A stretch of 64,000 nt of DNA, from the NCBI GenBank assembly GCA_964512955.1, contig CAZEKX010000001.1, positions 7,659 through 71,658 on the forward strand. Reading direction: 5' to 3'. The notes under the pieces were generated by a model, which saw nothing but the letters and a program-made list of their open reading frames with translations, did no database searches and was not told where the DNA came from. Made by a program: the position numbers and the translations under genes. Source of the stretch: an uncultured Bacteroidaceae bacterium. Lineage in GTDB: Bacteria > Bacteroidota > Bacteroidia > Bacteroidales > Bacteroidaceae. The first letter of the stretch is position 1; each line of letters starts with the position of its first letter. Positions 18,175-28,741 of the stretch are shown in pieces.

Positions 18175-19800
18175 CTATTGGACTTCGAATTGTGTTGTCG
18201 CTTTTGGGAAGGATTCTCCTTTTTCGAGTACCTCTACTGCTTTTATTACAGTGGGGTCGAATGTGTTTATATATCTCACATGTTCCAACATTCCTTGTAT
18301 ATTATATATTATGTTTGCATAAATTGAACGTTCCAGCCTTTTACGTGATTTCTCTATCTGCCAATAGCGGGCTTTCAATCCTTTATTAGAAGCATAATTT
18401 ATAAAATCCTCCAAAATGTTTTGTTGTTCCATGTATGCCAAAGCCTCTTCGTATCTGTCGAATGTGCTTAACTCTTGACGGTGCTTGTCGCTATATGCAA
18501 AGGTGTATTGCTGAATCAGGTGTTTCGATAGAGCCTGTGTATAGTACGATGTTATGTCGGTTGTGTCGCTCGAAACAAAAATATCGGGCATTACACCACC
18601 TCCACCATAGACAGTGCGTCCCAAACGTGTTTTGTATATAAGGGTGTCGTTTTGGTGTATGCTGTCTTGTGAAAAAAACTCTCCACGTTCGTATCGTTTC
18701 ACAATATCCATGTCATACTCATCCTTTTCTCCTTTTAAATATGGCTTTTGAATACAACGACCCGATGGTGTGTAGTATCGTGCTATGGTAAGTCTTACAG
18801 CCGAACCATCTTTGAAGTCAAAAGGTTGCTGTACAAGTCCTTTACCAAATGTTCGGCGACCAATAATCATTCCACGGTCATTGTCCTGAACCGTTCCAGC
18901 TAAAATTTCACTTGCCGATGCCGATGTTTCATCGGTCAGAATCACAAGTGGCATGTTCTGGAAATTACCATGTCCGTTGGCATACTCTGTGTTGCGTAGC
19001 TGGTGTATACCCTCGGTATATACAATCATGTCGCCTTTTTTAAGAAATTCGTTGGCTATTTGCAGGGCAACGCCTAAGTAACCACCTCCGTTTCCTCTGA
19101 CATCTATAATTAATCCTTTACATTGTTGCATGTACATACGTGCCAATGCTATTATAAATTCAGTGAAAGTGTTCTCTGCAAAACGTCCCAATTGTATATA
19201 TCCCCATTTGTTGTCTATGATATATGCTGCCTCTATACTCTCTATGGGAATGTCGCCACGTATAATGTTGAACTGCAACAATTCATTATTGCCATATCGT
19301 TTTATACCAACTTTTACATCGCTTCCTTTAGGACCTTTCAACTTTCTTAGCGCCGCTTCGTTTGTACATGAATCTCCTGTGAAAAGGGTGTCGTTGATAG
19401 TTATTATACGGTCTCCTGCAAGAATTCCAACCTGTTCCGACGGTCCTCCTCTAATAACATCTGTAATGTGCAGTGTGTCGTCCTGAATGAGGAAACGAAC
19501 TCCTATTCCGCTGAAACTGCTTTTCAAATCGGCATTGGTGGCTTCAAGGTCCTTTGCCGGAATATATGTGCTGTGTGGGTCCAACTCTTTTAATATAAGT
19601 GGCATGGATTGTTCAATAATCTCTTCCATGCTCATGGAATCCACATAGCAGGTGTGGACCAACTCCATCAGTTCATCCACTTTGTTGTTTGTACTATAAG
19701 GTGTAAAAGCACTGTAGTACTGTTTTTGCGATATGTTAATCCCTATAATCACTCCGAATATTATGCAGAGAACCAATAGGGCAGGCGTATATTTCTTCAT
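18175..19800 (-). CDS. S41-family carboxy-terminal processing peptidase
   Basis: N-terminal TM anchor, PDZ domain (GIGVRF...GGPSEQVGILAGDRIITIND) and S41 catalytic region (TDETSASASEILAG ... GKGLVQ). Confidence 0.9.
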   Translation of the reverse strand: MKKYTPALLVLCIIFGVIIGINISQKQYYSAFTPYSTNNKVDELMELVHTCYVDSMSMEEIIEQSMPLILKELDPHSTYIPAKDLEATNADLKSSFSGIGVRFLIQDDTLHITDVIRGGPSEQVGILAGDRIITINDTLFTGDSCTNEAALRKLKGPKGSDVKVGIKRYGNNELLQFNIIRGDIPIESIEAAYIIDNKWGYIQLGRFAENTFTEFIIALARMYMQQCKGLIIDVRGNGGGYLGVALQIANEFLKKGDMIVYTEGIHQLRNTEYANGHGNFQNMPLVILTDETSASASEILAGTVQDNDRGMIIGRRTFGKGLVQQPFDFKDGSAVRLTIARYYTPSGRCIQKPYLKGEKDEYDMDIVKRYERGEFFSQDSIHQNDTLIYKTRLGRTVYGGGGVMPDIFVSSDTTDITSYYTQALSKHLIQQYTFAYSDKHRQELSTFDRYEEALAYMEQQNILEDFINYASNKGLKARYWQIEKSRKRLERSIYANIIYNIQGMLEHVRYINTFDPTVIKAVEVLEKGESFPKATTQFEVQ

Positions 19801-19805
19801 CTTTT

Positions 19806-20234
19806 CTATTCTTCGGTTTTGTTCAGGAATACTGTTTCAATACCGGCACGTTTCAGCAGGTCTATACCATCGGTCAAACGGTACTGCTCTGAGTATACAA
19901 CTCTTTTTATGCCGGCCTGAACAATGAGTTTTGCACACTCAATGCAGGGTGATGCAGTTACATAGAGTGTTGCTCCGTCGCTATTGTTGCCCGAACGTGC
20001 AATCTTTGTTATTGCATTGGCTTCGGCGTGCAGTACATAGGGTTTTGTCAATCCATCATCGTCTTCACAAATGTTTTCGAACCCCGATGGTGTTCCGTTG
20101 AAACCATCCGATATAATCATTTTATCTTTTACTATGAGGGCACCAACTTTGCGTCGTTGGCAATATGAGTTCTCGGCCCAAATCTTTGCCATGCGAATAT
20201 AACGCATGTCTAAGTCGTGTTGTTTCTTGCTCAT
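19806..20234 (-). CDS. Deoxycytidylate (dCMP) deaminase
   Basis: 142 aa with zinc-binding motifs HAEANAI and PCIECAKLI. Confidence 0.85.
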   Translation of the reverse strand: MSKKQHDLDMRYIRMAKIWAENSYCQRRKVGALIVKDKMIISDGFNGTPSGFENICEDDDGLTKPYVLHAEANAITKIARSGNNSDGATLYVTASPCIECAKLIVQAGIKRVVYSEQYRLTDGIDLLKRAGIETVFLNKTEE

Positions 20235-20236
20235 GG

Positions 20237-20659
20237 TTATCTGTTATGAAATTGCATATAAATGTTGTTCTGTTGCTTTATTTGCAGGTAATTTATATCT
20301 CCTTCGTATTTGCTTGCCTTTTCGAATATTACCTTCATCTTTTTTGCTATACTGTCGTTTGCAATATCCCCATTGCTTACATTTACCTGCGTGCATTGGA
20401 ATGTGCGGTTATCTCCGTCGGCACTCCATTTGCCGGTTATTGTCGCTCCTTTGGGTGTTGTTGTCGTAAATACACCATCGAAGAATTTAAGGTTGTATAT
20501 ACCCTTTGGGTCAATATTTCGTTCTCCCTCTTTTATGAATGATAGTTTCCATGTGCGGTTCATGAAAATATCTGTAATGTCATCGCTCTGCGAACATGTA
20601 CATAGCAAAATTGAGATAAACAGTATTGTTGTTAAATATATAATTCTCATTGCCTTCAT
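20237..20659 (-). CDS. Small lipoprotein of unknown function (lipocalin-like)
   Basis: Signal peptide with cysteines (SILLCTCSQ). 140 aa, beta-rich, and translationally adjacent to the dCMP deaminase gene. Confidence 0.45.
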   Translation of the reverse strand: MKAMRIIYLTTILFISILLCTCSQSDDITDIFMNRTWKLSFIKEGERNIDPKGIYNLKFFDGVFTTTTPKGATITGKWSADGDNRTFQCTQVNVSNGDIANDSIAKKMKVIFEKASKYEGDINYLQIKQQNNIYMQFHNR

Positions 20660-20716
20660 TCTGAATTGGTATAAATCCTATTAAACTGTTTTTTTAAGAA
20701 ATAGAGAATTTCACTC

Positions 20717-22792
20717 TCATTTTTTTATACCATCTCTTTCGAGCAATGGCTCTATTTGAGGTCTGTGTCCTCTGAAACGTATATACAACTCCATTGGTGG
20801 CTCTGTATCTCCACGTGATAGAATGTTTACACGAAACGATTCTGCTACCTTCATGTTCATTATACCTTGCTCCTTAAATAGTGAGAAAGCATCGGCATCG
20901 AGCATCTCTGCCCATTTGTAACTATAATATCCCGCGGCATAACCACCCGACATTATATGGCTGAACTGTGGTGTTATTCCACACTCGATTGGTTGATTCA
21001 TCAGCATCAATGCCTTTTTGGCTTTATGTTCATATTCCATTACGTTGCCTTCGAATGGGGTAATTCTATTGTGCCATGCTTGGTCTATAAGTCCTAATGA
21101 AACCTGTCTTATACATTGGTATGCCGAAAGGAAATTACGCGATTCATGTATCTTCTTAAGCAACTCTTCGGGAATACTTTCTCCGGTATCATGATGGAAT
21201 GCAAATGATTTTAAGAATTCTTTCTCTCCTGTGAAGTTTTCCATTATCTGCGATGGCATCTCAACAAAATCCCACAATACATTTGGACTACATTGACTTG
21301 CGTATGTAACATCTGAGAATATTCCATGCAGGCAGTGCCCGAACTCATGCATTAAAGTATTTACCTCATCAAAAGTTAGCAATGTGGGTTTTCCGGGTAA
21401 TGGTTTGCGGTAATTTGTCGACAACGTTACATGTGGACGGTGGTCGGTACCATCGGGGTCCTTGTATTGTGCTCTTAATGAGTCCATCCATGCACCGCCA
21501 TGTTTCCCTTTGCGGGTGTAGAAATCGCAATAAAGCAGTGCAAGATGTTTACCATCAAAATCCAATACTTCCCATACTTTTACATCCTGATGGAATGTGG
21601 GAATATCGTTATGCAATTTAAATGTTACACCATACAGACGTGTGGCAAGGTTGAATGCTCCATATATTGCTTGCTCCAGGTTGAAATATGGGCGTACCAT
21701 CTCGTCGCTCAAATTAAACTTTTTCTCTTTTAATTTTTCGGAGTAATATGCGAAATCCCATGCTTCGAATTGGAAATCCTCTCCTTCCAACTCCTTTGCT
21801 GTGGCAATTACCTCCTTTACATCCATTTGGGCGGCAGGTAGGTATGCCCATGTCAGTTTGCCTAACATTGAAAATACAGCATCGCTGTTTTGTGCCATGC
21901 GTTCAGCCAGTACGTAATCGCTGTATGTGTTATATCCTAATAAGTTGGCAAATCTTAGACGTCTGTTTACAATCTCTTTTACAATCTCTCTGTTGTCGTG
22001 TTTGTTGCCTTTTGCACCTATTGTATTATATGCCATATACATCTCTTTTCGCAAATCGCGGTTTTTGCAGAATGTCATGAATGGCATGTAACTCGGACGA
22101 TGCAATGTAAATATCCACCCCTCCTTTTGTTGTTCACGAGCAGTGTTTGCTGCACTCTCTACGAGGTCGTTTGGTAATCCTTCTAAGTGTTTGGAGTCGG
22201 TTATGTGTAGAGTGAATTCGTCGGTATCTTTTACAAGATTTTCCTGGAATTTCAAGGAAAGCGTTGTTAATCTTCTGCTTAAATTCCTATACTCATCTCG
22301 TTTTTCGCCTTGCAAGTTTGCTCCCGAGCGTACAAAAAAAGTATACGTCTCTTGTAACAATCTTTTTTGTTCACCGTTTAAATAGGAGTTCTCCTGCTCA
22401 TAAACAGTTTTAATTCTTGCAAAAAGAGTCTCGTTAAGGGTTATGTTATTTCTATGTTCTGTATGTAATTCCTGAATCTCCTCTTCTACCTTCAGAATTT
22501 CATCGTAACTATGCGAGTTGATAAGTGCCTCGAATGCATACAAAATATTACTTATGGTGCTACCCGCACGTTCAAAAGCCACTATGGTGTTTTCGAATGT
22601 GGGTTGCATGGGGTTGTTGCAAATCTCTTCTATCTCATGCTCTTCGCGTCTTATTCCCTCTTTTATGGCAGGAACAAAGTGAGACAATGTAATGCGGTCG
22701 TATGGAACAGCATTGAAAGGTGTTTCATACGGTATGCATAAAGGATTTTTATTTATCGATTCTTTGTTGTTTATATTGTCCATTCTATACAT
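20717..22792 (-). CDS. dcp: M3-family peptidyl-dipeptidase (Dcp) / oligopeptidase
   Basis: About 690 aa with the zinc motif LMHEFGHCLHG and a downstream E. Length matches the family. The start could be the ATG at 22783. Confidence 0.88.
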   Translation of the reverse strand: MYRMDNINNKESINKNPLCIPYETPFNAVPYDRITLSHFVPAIKEGIRREEHEIEEICNNPMQPTFENTIVAFERAGSTISNILYAFEALINSHSYDEILKVEEEIQELHTEHRNNITLNETLFARIKTVYEQENSYLNGEQKRLLQETYTFFVRSGANLQGEKRDEYRNLSRRLTTLSLKFQENLVKDTDEFTLHITDSKHLEGLPNDLVESAANTAREQQKEGWIFTLHRPSYMPFMTFCKNRDLRKEMYMAYNTIGAKGNKHDNREIVKEIVNRRLRFANLLGYNTYSDYVLAERMAQNSDAVFSMLGKLTWAYLPAAQMDVKEVIATAKELEGEDFQFEAWDFAYYSEKLKEKKFNLSDEMVRPYFNLEQAIYGAFNLATRLYGVTFKLHNDIPTFHQDVKVWEVLDFDGKHLALLYCDFYTRKGKHGGAWMDSLRAQYKDPDGTDHRPHVTLSTNYRKPLPGKPTLLTFDEVNTLMHEFGHCLHGIFSDVTYASQCSPNVLWDFVEMPSQIMENFTGEKEFLKSFAFHHDTGESIPEELLKKIHESRNFLSAYQCIRQVSLGLIDQAWHNRITPFEGNVMEYEHKAKKALMLMNQPIECGITPQFSHIMSGGYAAGYYSYKWAEMLDADAFSLFKEQGIMNMKVAESFRVNILSRGDTEPPMELYIRFRGHRPQIEPLLERDGIKK

Positions 22793-23035
22793 GTTTTCTT
22801 AAAATCTCCTCTCTTTAAGAGATATTCTTGCAAAGGTAAACAAATGTCCTCGCTTTTCCTCTTATATTTTTAAAATAATTGTGAAAATGGTACACGAAAT
22901 TAACATTGACCAAAGTAATCTCTCTCTCGTTTTTACATGAAAGTGATGGCGATAAAAGCCTTTAAACTTCTACCGCCATCAGTTATGAAGAAATAATCTT
23001 AATTAATTCTTTTCTTGTAGTATTTAAATTGGTTC

Positions 23036-24199
23036 TTAAATATTGAATGTTCCATCTACAAGTTTACCCATTGCCCATACGCCACGTATGTTCAAGTTCT
23101 CATCGAGAATCATAAGGTCGGCATCTTTGTCTTTCTGTAACGAACCCTTACGATCGTAAACATTCATTATTTTTGCAGGGGTCTCCGATGCCATGCGTAC
23201 TGCATCTTCCAAAGGTATTTCGGCTTTTTGTACAAGAGTACGTATCAAACGGTCCATTGTTGCTACACTGCCGGCAAGTGCAGAACGGTCGGCCAATTTA
23301 CAAACACCATCTTCAATTATTACACGTGGGTCGAACGCAACATTACTGTCGCTTGCCGCACAAGCCAACGCATCTGTGATTACACAAGCGCGTTCAACGC
23401 CTTTTATCTTGTGTACAAGACGCAGAATAGTGGGAGGTACATGAATACCATCGGCAACAACCTCTACTGTCATGTCGTCATGCAAGTATATACTTTCTAC
23501 AGTACCCTCGTATTTGTATTCGCGACGCTTATGGAATCCCGGCATAGCATTGTAGAAGTGTGTGGCATGTGTGTATCCGTTGGCATGTGCAGTGTGAATA
23601 TCGTCATATTCAGCCTGTGTATGTGCTACAGATGCAAGTATTCCCTTCGATGTGATATATTTACCGAACTGCATTGCTCCGGGTAGTTCGGGAGCAGCGT
23701 CCCAACGCTTAATACAATCCCATTTTTCTACAAGAGGAATATACTCTGCAGGGTCCGGGTCTTTAATATTTTCGGGAATCTGTCCGCCTGCCATCTTCAT
23801 GTTTAGGTAGTGCCCCTCTAAGTGAAGGCCTAAAATAGGGCTGTCGGGTTCGTTCATTAGTTTTGTACAAACTTCTGCGGCAGCCTCAATCATGGGAACG
23901 GTCGACGATGAAAGAGTAGGGAATATACTTGTTGTACCATGTTTCATGTGTGCGGCAACAGCAACACGGAATGCCTCTTCGTCGCCCTCCATGAAGTCGC
24001 GACCTCCACCACCGTGAACGTGTATTTCAACACCACCGGGAACAACATACATACCTTTGGCATCTACAAGTTCTGCGCCTATTACAGCAAGGTCGCAGTT
24101 GGTAACCTCTAAAATTTTGTTGTCTCTGATAATTACAGAACCATCCTTTAACCAACCTTGTGGTGTAAGGATTTTCGCATTTATAATTTGTGTCAGCAT
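23036..24199 (-). CDS. nagA: N-acetylglucosamine-6-phosphate deacetylase
   Basis: 387 aa amidohydrolase with VPGGVEIHVHGGGG and the HLEGHYLN and THFYNAM motifs. Confidence 0.88.
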   Translation of the reverse strand: MLTQIINAKILTPQGWLKDGSVIIRDNKILEVTNCDLAVIGAELVDAKGMYVVPGGVEIHVHGGGGRDFMEGDEEAFRVAVAAHMKHGTTSIFPTLSSSTVPMIEAAAEVCTKLMNEPDSPILGLHLEGHYLNMKMAGGQIPENIKDPDPAEYIPLVEKWDCIKRWDAAPELPGAMQFGKYITSKGILASVAHTQAEYDDIHTAHANGYTHATHFYNAMPGFHKRREYKYEGTVESIYLHDDMTVEVVADGIHVPPTILRLVHKIKGVERACVITDALACAASDSNVAFDPRVIIEDGVCKLADRSALAGSVATMDRLIRTLVQKAEIPLEDAVRMASETPAKIMNVYDRKGSLQKDKDADLMILDENLNIRGVWAMGKLVDGTFNI

Positions 24200-24378
24200 A
24201 TATAAAAATGTTAGTTAGTTTTTAAGTTTCTGTATATTAAAGTGTTATCCTGCTTGTTAGTGGTGTTTGTGCAACTCTTTGTGAGTTTCTGCACACAAAT
24301 TTATTTAAATTACTTATTATTTGATACTTTTTAACAAGAAATTTTATTCCATAATTTAATTTTATCGTTTTCCTTTTT

Positions 24379-24406
24379 TAGTATACTGTTTTTAGTATAC
24401 TGTTTT
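24379..24406. repeat. Tandem 14-bp duplication (TAGTATACTGTTTT x2) containing the palindrome AGTATACT
   Basis: Read directly in the nagA/glnA divergent intergenic region. A third TACTGTTTTT lies at about 24437. Confidence 0.8.
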
Positions 24407-24660
24407 TATACGTAAAACGATTTTTTGCTTAATGTTTACTGTTTTTCTGTATTTGTGGTAAAATGTAAATAAAATATCTGTATTAGGTGAAAAATTGTTA
24501 GTTTTGTAACTTGTGCTGTTTTTTTAATCTGCGGTTGTCGTTTATTGATAATGCATGGTTTTTTACCTCCTTTTTTCTGAATTTTCAGTCTGTTGTACGG
24601 AAAATTCGCCAAAAAACACCTCTTTTTTCTACTTTTCTTGTATGAATAACAATGTATGTG

Positions 24661-24668
24661 TATATTTG
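24661..24668 (+). promoter_or_regulatory. Candidate Bacteroidetes -7 promoter element (TATATTTG, consensus TAnnTTTG) for glnA
   Basis: Exact match to TAnnTTTG, 35 nt upstream of the ATG at 24703. A TTG at 24638-24640 lies at roughly -33 spacing. Confidence 0.4.
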
Positions 24669-24702
24669 CACAATATTGAAAAATGTAAACAAAGGTGTAT
24701 TT

Positions 24703-26886
24703 ATGTCAAAACTCAGGTTCGAAGTTGTAAGTGCCGCTTTTGGTAAAAAAGCAATAGAGGTTCCAAATCCTTGTAAACGTCCTTCGGAATTGTTCGCGGT
24801 GAACGTCTTTAATAGAGAAAAAATGTTCAAATATCTCCCGGGAGATGTTTATTCCAAACTGATAGATGTTATAGATAACGATGCTCCATTGGACAGTTCC
24901 ATAGCAGACAGTGTTGCCAAAGGTATGAAACATTGGGCTATAGAGAATGGTGCAACTCACTACACGCATTGGTTCCATCCGCTTACTGAGACAACGGCCG
25001 AAAAACACGATGCCTTTGTTGAGCATGACGGTAAAGGTGGGTTAATAGAAAAGTTTTCGGGTAAGTTGTTGGTTCAACAAGAACCCGATGCATCCTCTTT
25101 TCCAAACGGAGGTATACGTAGTACGTTCGAAGCGCGCGGGTATAGTGCATGGGATCCCACGTCCCCGGCATTTCTCATGGGTAACACGTTATGTATTCCC
25201 ACAGTGTTTATAGCATACACAGGCGAAGCACTCGATTATAAAGCACCATTGCTAAAGGCACTGCGTGCTGTGGACAAGGCTGCTACCGATGTTTGTCGTT
25301 ATTTCGATAAGAATGTGAAAAAGGTTATAACATATCTTGGTTGGGAACAGGAGTATTTCTTGGTTGACGAAGGTATGCTGTTGGCACGTCCCGACCTTTT
25401 GCTGACAGGTCGTACATTAATGGGACACGACAGTGCAAAGAACCAACAGTTGGAAGACCACTATTTTGGTTCTATTCCCGAGCGTGTTGCCGCATTTATG
25501 AAAGATTTGGAGATAGAGGCTCTTAAACTTGGTATTCCGGCAAAGACCTGCCACAATGAGGCGGCTCCAAACCAGTTCGAACTTGCACCTATCTACGAAG
25601 AGTGTAACTTGGCTGTAGACCATAATATGCTTATAATGGCAATTATGAAAGAGGTTGCCCGTCGACATGGATTCCGTGTCTTGTTGCACGAGAAACCTTT
25701 TAAAGGTGTAAACGGTTCGGGTAAACACAACAATTGGTCGCTTGGAACAGATACCGGTACCCTGCTTATGGCACCTGGCAAAACCGACAAAGATAATTTG
25801 CGATTCATTACATTTGTAGTAAACACATTGGCTGCAATATATCGTCATAATGGTTTGCTGAAAGCAAGCATAATGTCGGCTGCCAACTCGCATCGTCTTG
25901 GTGCTGCCGAGGCACCTCCGGCTATCATATCAAGTTTCTTGGGTTCGCATCTCTCATCTGTTCTCGACCACTTGGAGACCACCGATGACGTAGTAAGAAT
26001 ATTGAGCAAAAGAGAACTGCGTTTGAATATTCCGCAGATTCCGGAACTAATGATAGACAATACCGACCGTAACCGTACCTCGCCTTTTGCTTTTACCGGA
26101 AACCGTTTTGAGTTCCGTGCAGTTGGTTCCGAGGCAAACTGTGCATCGGCAATGATTGCTTTAAACACCGCTATGGCGGAGCAACTTGTAATATTCAAAA
26201 AAGAGGTGGATGCTCTCATAGAATCGGGAGTAGCAAAGGAAGATGCTCTTGTGAATGTAATAAGAAAATATATTAAATACAGCAAACCAATACGTTTCGA
26301 TGGTAACGGCTACTCCGAGGAGTGGAGACAAGAGGCCGAAAAGCGTGGTTTGGATTGCGAGGCAAGTGCGCCTATAGTATTCGACCGATACTTGGATAAA
26401 GAGAGCATTGCAATGTTCAGTAACATGGATGTTATGACAGCAAAAGAACTTAAAGCACGTAATGAGATAAAATGGGAAATGTACACCAAAAAGGTACAAA
26501 TAGAAGCACGTGTGTTAGGCGACTTGGCTTTGAATCACATTGTACCCACTGCCACAAAATATCAGAGTTCACTGCTCGATAATATAATAAAAATGGAGCA
26601 AGTGTTAGGCAGTGAAGAGGGGCGCAAGGTCTCGGCCGAGAATATTGCAACAGTTAAAGATATAGCAATGCGAGTTTCCGAGATTCGTCGTATGGTCGAT
26701 GAAATGGTAGAGCGTCGCAAGGTGGCAAATCGCATACTCGAGGAGCGCGAAAAGGCTGTTGCATATCACGATACCATTGCTCCCATGCTCGAGGAGATAC
26801 GTACTCACATAGATAAACTCGAAATTATGGTAGACAATGAATTGTGGACTCTTCCCAAGTACCGCGAATTGTTGTTTATTGTGTAA
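24703..26886 (+). CDS. glnA: Glutamine synthetase type III
   Basis: 727 aa, the GSIII length, with HYTHWFHPLT, NEAAPNQFELAP and GSGKHNNWS motifs. The ATG at 24703 is chosen; the ORF-track extension to 24652 lies in AT-rich leader. Confidence 0.9.
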   Translation: MSKLRFEVVSAAFGKKAIEVPNPCKRPSELFAVNVFNREKMFKYLPGDVYSKLIDVIDNDAPLDSSIADSVAKGMKHWAIENGATHYTHWFHPLTETTAEKHDAFVEHDGKGGLIEKFSGKLLVQQEPDASSFPNGGIRSTFEARGYSAWDPTSPAFLMGNTLCIPTVFIAYTGEALDYKAPLLKALRAVDKAATDVCRYFDKNVKKVITYLGWEQEYFLVDEGMLLARPDLLLTGRTLMGHDSAKNQQLEDHYFGSIPERVAAFMKDLEIEALKLGIPAKTCHNEAAPNQFELAPIYEECNLAVDHNMLIMAIMKEVARRHGFRVLLHEKPFKGVNGSGKHNNWSLGTDTGTLLMAPGKTDKDNLRFITFVVNTLAAIYRHNGLLKASIMSAANSHRLGAAEAPPAIISSFLGSHLSSVLDHLETTDDVVRILSKRELRLNIPQIPELMIDNTDRNRTSPFAFTGNRFEFRAVGSEANCASAMIALNTAMAEQLVIFKKEVDALIESGVAKEDALVNVIRKYIKYSKPIRFDGNGYSEEWRQEAEKRGLDCEASAPIVFDRYLDKESIAMFSNMDVMTAKELKARNEIKWEMYTKKVQIEARVLGDLALNHIVPTATKYQSSLLDNIIKMEQVLGSEEGRKVSAENIATVKDIAMRVSEIRRMVDEMVERRKVANRILEEREKAVAYHDTIAPMLEEIRTHIDKLEIMVDNELWTLPKYRELLFIV

Positions 26887-26917
26887 ATAAAGAACCATGT
26901 AAAGAGGATTGGTATAT

Positions 26918-27925
26918 ATGATAAAAAAGGAAAAATCATATTCATTACTTTTACATAACACCTTCGGTATAGATGTCGAAGCAGAGCAGTTTGTAGAGTT
27001 TGAAACCGAAACCGAACTTGTCGAACTCATAAAAAATGGAATTTCCTCACCCATATTGGTAATAGGTGGTGGCAGCAATCTTCTATTTATGAAAAATTAC
27101 AGTGGAACGGTTTTGCACTCCCGTATATGCGATATACAGGTTGTGGAGGAGAACGACGAGGTTGCTTATCTGCGTGTCGGCAGTGGTGTAGAGTGGGACT
27201 ATTTGGTGAAGTACAGTATCGATAACGGTTTGCAAGGTCTTGAAAACCTCTCAGCCATACCGGGTGAGGTTGGAGCAAGTGCAGTGCAGAATGTTGGTGC
27301 ATACGGAGTAGAGGCAGGTGAACTTATTCATTCGGTAGAAGCAATATCCCTGACCGATGCATCAAAAAGAATATTCATGCAGAACGACTGCTGTTTTGCC
27401 TATCGTTATAGCATATTTAAAAACGAGGAGAAAGGTAAGAATGTAATAACATACGTTACATATTGTTTGCGTAAGGTGCCCGAATATAAAGTTTCTTATG
27501 GAAATATGCTTTCGAAAGTTGAAGCATTAGGTGGTCTTTCTGCTCAAAATATCCGTACTGTGGTGTGCGAGACACGTGCCTCTAAATTGCCCTCTCCCTC
27601 TTGTCTGGGCAGTGCCGGCAGTTTTTTTATGAATCCGGTAGTAGATATTGCTGTTGCCGACAAATTAAAGAAACAATATCCCGAAATGCCACAATACGAC
27701 ACCCCCGACGGTAGAGTAAAACTGTCGGCAGGGTGGCTCATAGAGCAGTGCGGATGGAAGGGAAAACGTATAGGTAATGTCGGTTCATACCCCAAACAGG
27801 CACTTGTTATTGTTAATTACGGTGGCGCAACCGGTACCGAGGTCATGGCATTTTCCAATGCTGTATGCAACGCGGTTAAGGAATCCTTTGGTGTTGAACT
27901 GCACCCCGAGGTGAATACCATATAA
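26918..27925 (+). CDS. murB: UDP-N-acetylenolpyruvoylglucosamine reductase
   Basis: FAD-binding domain with VIGGGSNLLF, plus the C-terminal SAGWLIEQCGWKG motif. The ATG at 26918 is preferred, because 26909 is a TTG. Confidence 0.9.
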   Translation: MIKKEKSYSLLLHNTFGIDVEAEQFVEFETETELVELIKNGISSPILVIGGGSNLLFMKNYSGTVLHSRICDIQVVEENDEVAYLRVGSGVEWDYLVKYSIDNGLQGLENLSAIPGEVGASAVQNVGAYGVEAGELIHSVEAISLTDASKRIFMQNDCCFAYRYSIFKNEEKGKNVITYVTYCLRKVPEYKVSYGNMLSKVEALGGLSAQNIRTVVCETRASKLPSPSCLGSAGSFFMNPVVDIAVADKLKKQYPEMPQYDTPDGRVKLSAGWLIEQCGWKGKRIGNVGSYPKQALVIVNYGGATGTEVMAFSNAVCNAVKESFGVELHPEVNTI

Positions 27926-27930
27926 AGGTT

Positions 27931-28692
27931 ATGAGAATTAAATTATTAGGAACAGGAACATCTACCGGAGTACCGGAATTAGGTTGCTCGTGTGAGGTGT
28001 GTACATCGTCCGACCCACGCGACTCCCGTTTGCGTTGCTCGGCAATGGTTGAGGATGACAACGTGCGTCTGCTCATCGATTGCGGTCCCGATTTCCGTAC
28101 TCAACTGCTGCATGAACCTTTTCGTAAAATAGATGCTGTTATTCTCACCCATAAGCATTACGACCATGTGGCAGGGCTCGACGACCTGCGTCCATTCTGT
28201 TTCTCAGGCGACATACCTGTATATGCCGAACACGAAACCGAGATGCAGGTACGTAATATATTTCCGTATTGTTTTACCGAAAAGAAATATCCCGGAGTAC
28301 CCAATCTGCAACTCTGTACGGTGGACATAGATACTCCATTTAAAATTAAACATCTTGAGATAATTCCCATAAGAGTGTTTCATGGTAAGATGCCCATTGC
28401 CGGATATAGAATAGGGAAGTTGGCATATATTACCGATATGAGTTTTATTGAACCTGGAGAATTGGAGAAGTTACGTGGAGTAGAGGTGTTGGTTATGAAT
28501 GCATTGAGATATTCAAAACCCCATAGAACACACCAAACAGTACTTGAAGCACTTAGAATAGTTGATAATCTTAAACCGCGTGAAACATATTTCACACATC
28601 TCATGCATCATATCGGCCTGCACGCAAAGATTGAGAAATGTCTGCCGGTGGGGGTACATCTTGGTTACGATGGCTTAGAGATAGAAATATAA
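27931..28692 (+). CDS. MBL-fold metallo-hydrolase (PhnP-like)
   Basis: MRIKLLGTGTSTGVPELGCSCEVC at the N-terminus and the HKHYDHVAGLDDL (HxHxDH) motif. Confidence 0.75.
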   Translation: MRIKLLGTGTSTGVPELGCSCEVCTSSDPRDSRLRCSAMVEDDNVRLLIDCGPDFRTQLLHEPFRKIDAVILTHKHYDHVAGLDDLRPFCFSGDIPVYAEHETEMQVRNIFPYCFTEKKYPGVPNLQLCTVDIDTPFKIKHLEIIPIRVFHGKMPIAGYRIGKLAYITDMSFIEPGELEKLRGVEVLVMNALRYSKPHRTHQTVLEALRIVDNLKPRETYFTHLMHHIGLHAKIEKCLPVGVHLGYDGLEIEI

Positions 28693-28720
28693 CAACGAAC
28701 ATGTTCGTTGTTATATTTCT
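28683..28720. terminator. Bidirectional hairpin terminator (38-bp perfect palindrome) between the MBL hydrolase and hsp20 genes
   Basis: agaaatataacaacgaaca | tgttcgttgttatatttct. It overlaps the TAA of the MBL gene. Confidence 0.75.
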
Positions 28721-28741
28721 ATGTGGTAATTTCAACCTCTA

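Noticed and set aside
22943-22981. Inverted repeat tgatggcg ... cgccatca downstream of nagA considered as a regulatory element or invertible-promoter boundary.
   Set aside because: It has only an 8-bp stem with a 22-nt loop, and there is no partner repeat and no recombinase nearby. It is most simply a weak terminator.
24379-24406. Possible CRISPR-like or minisatellite array.
   Set aside because: There are only two adjacent 14-bp units with no spacers. No repeat-spacer architecture or cas genes occur anywhere in the window.
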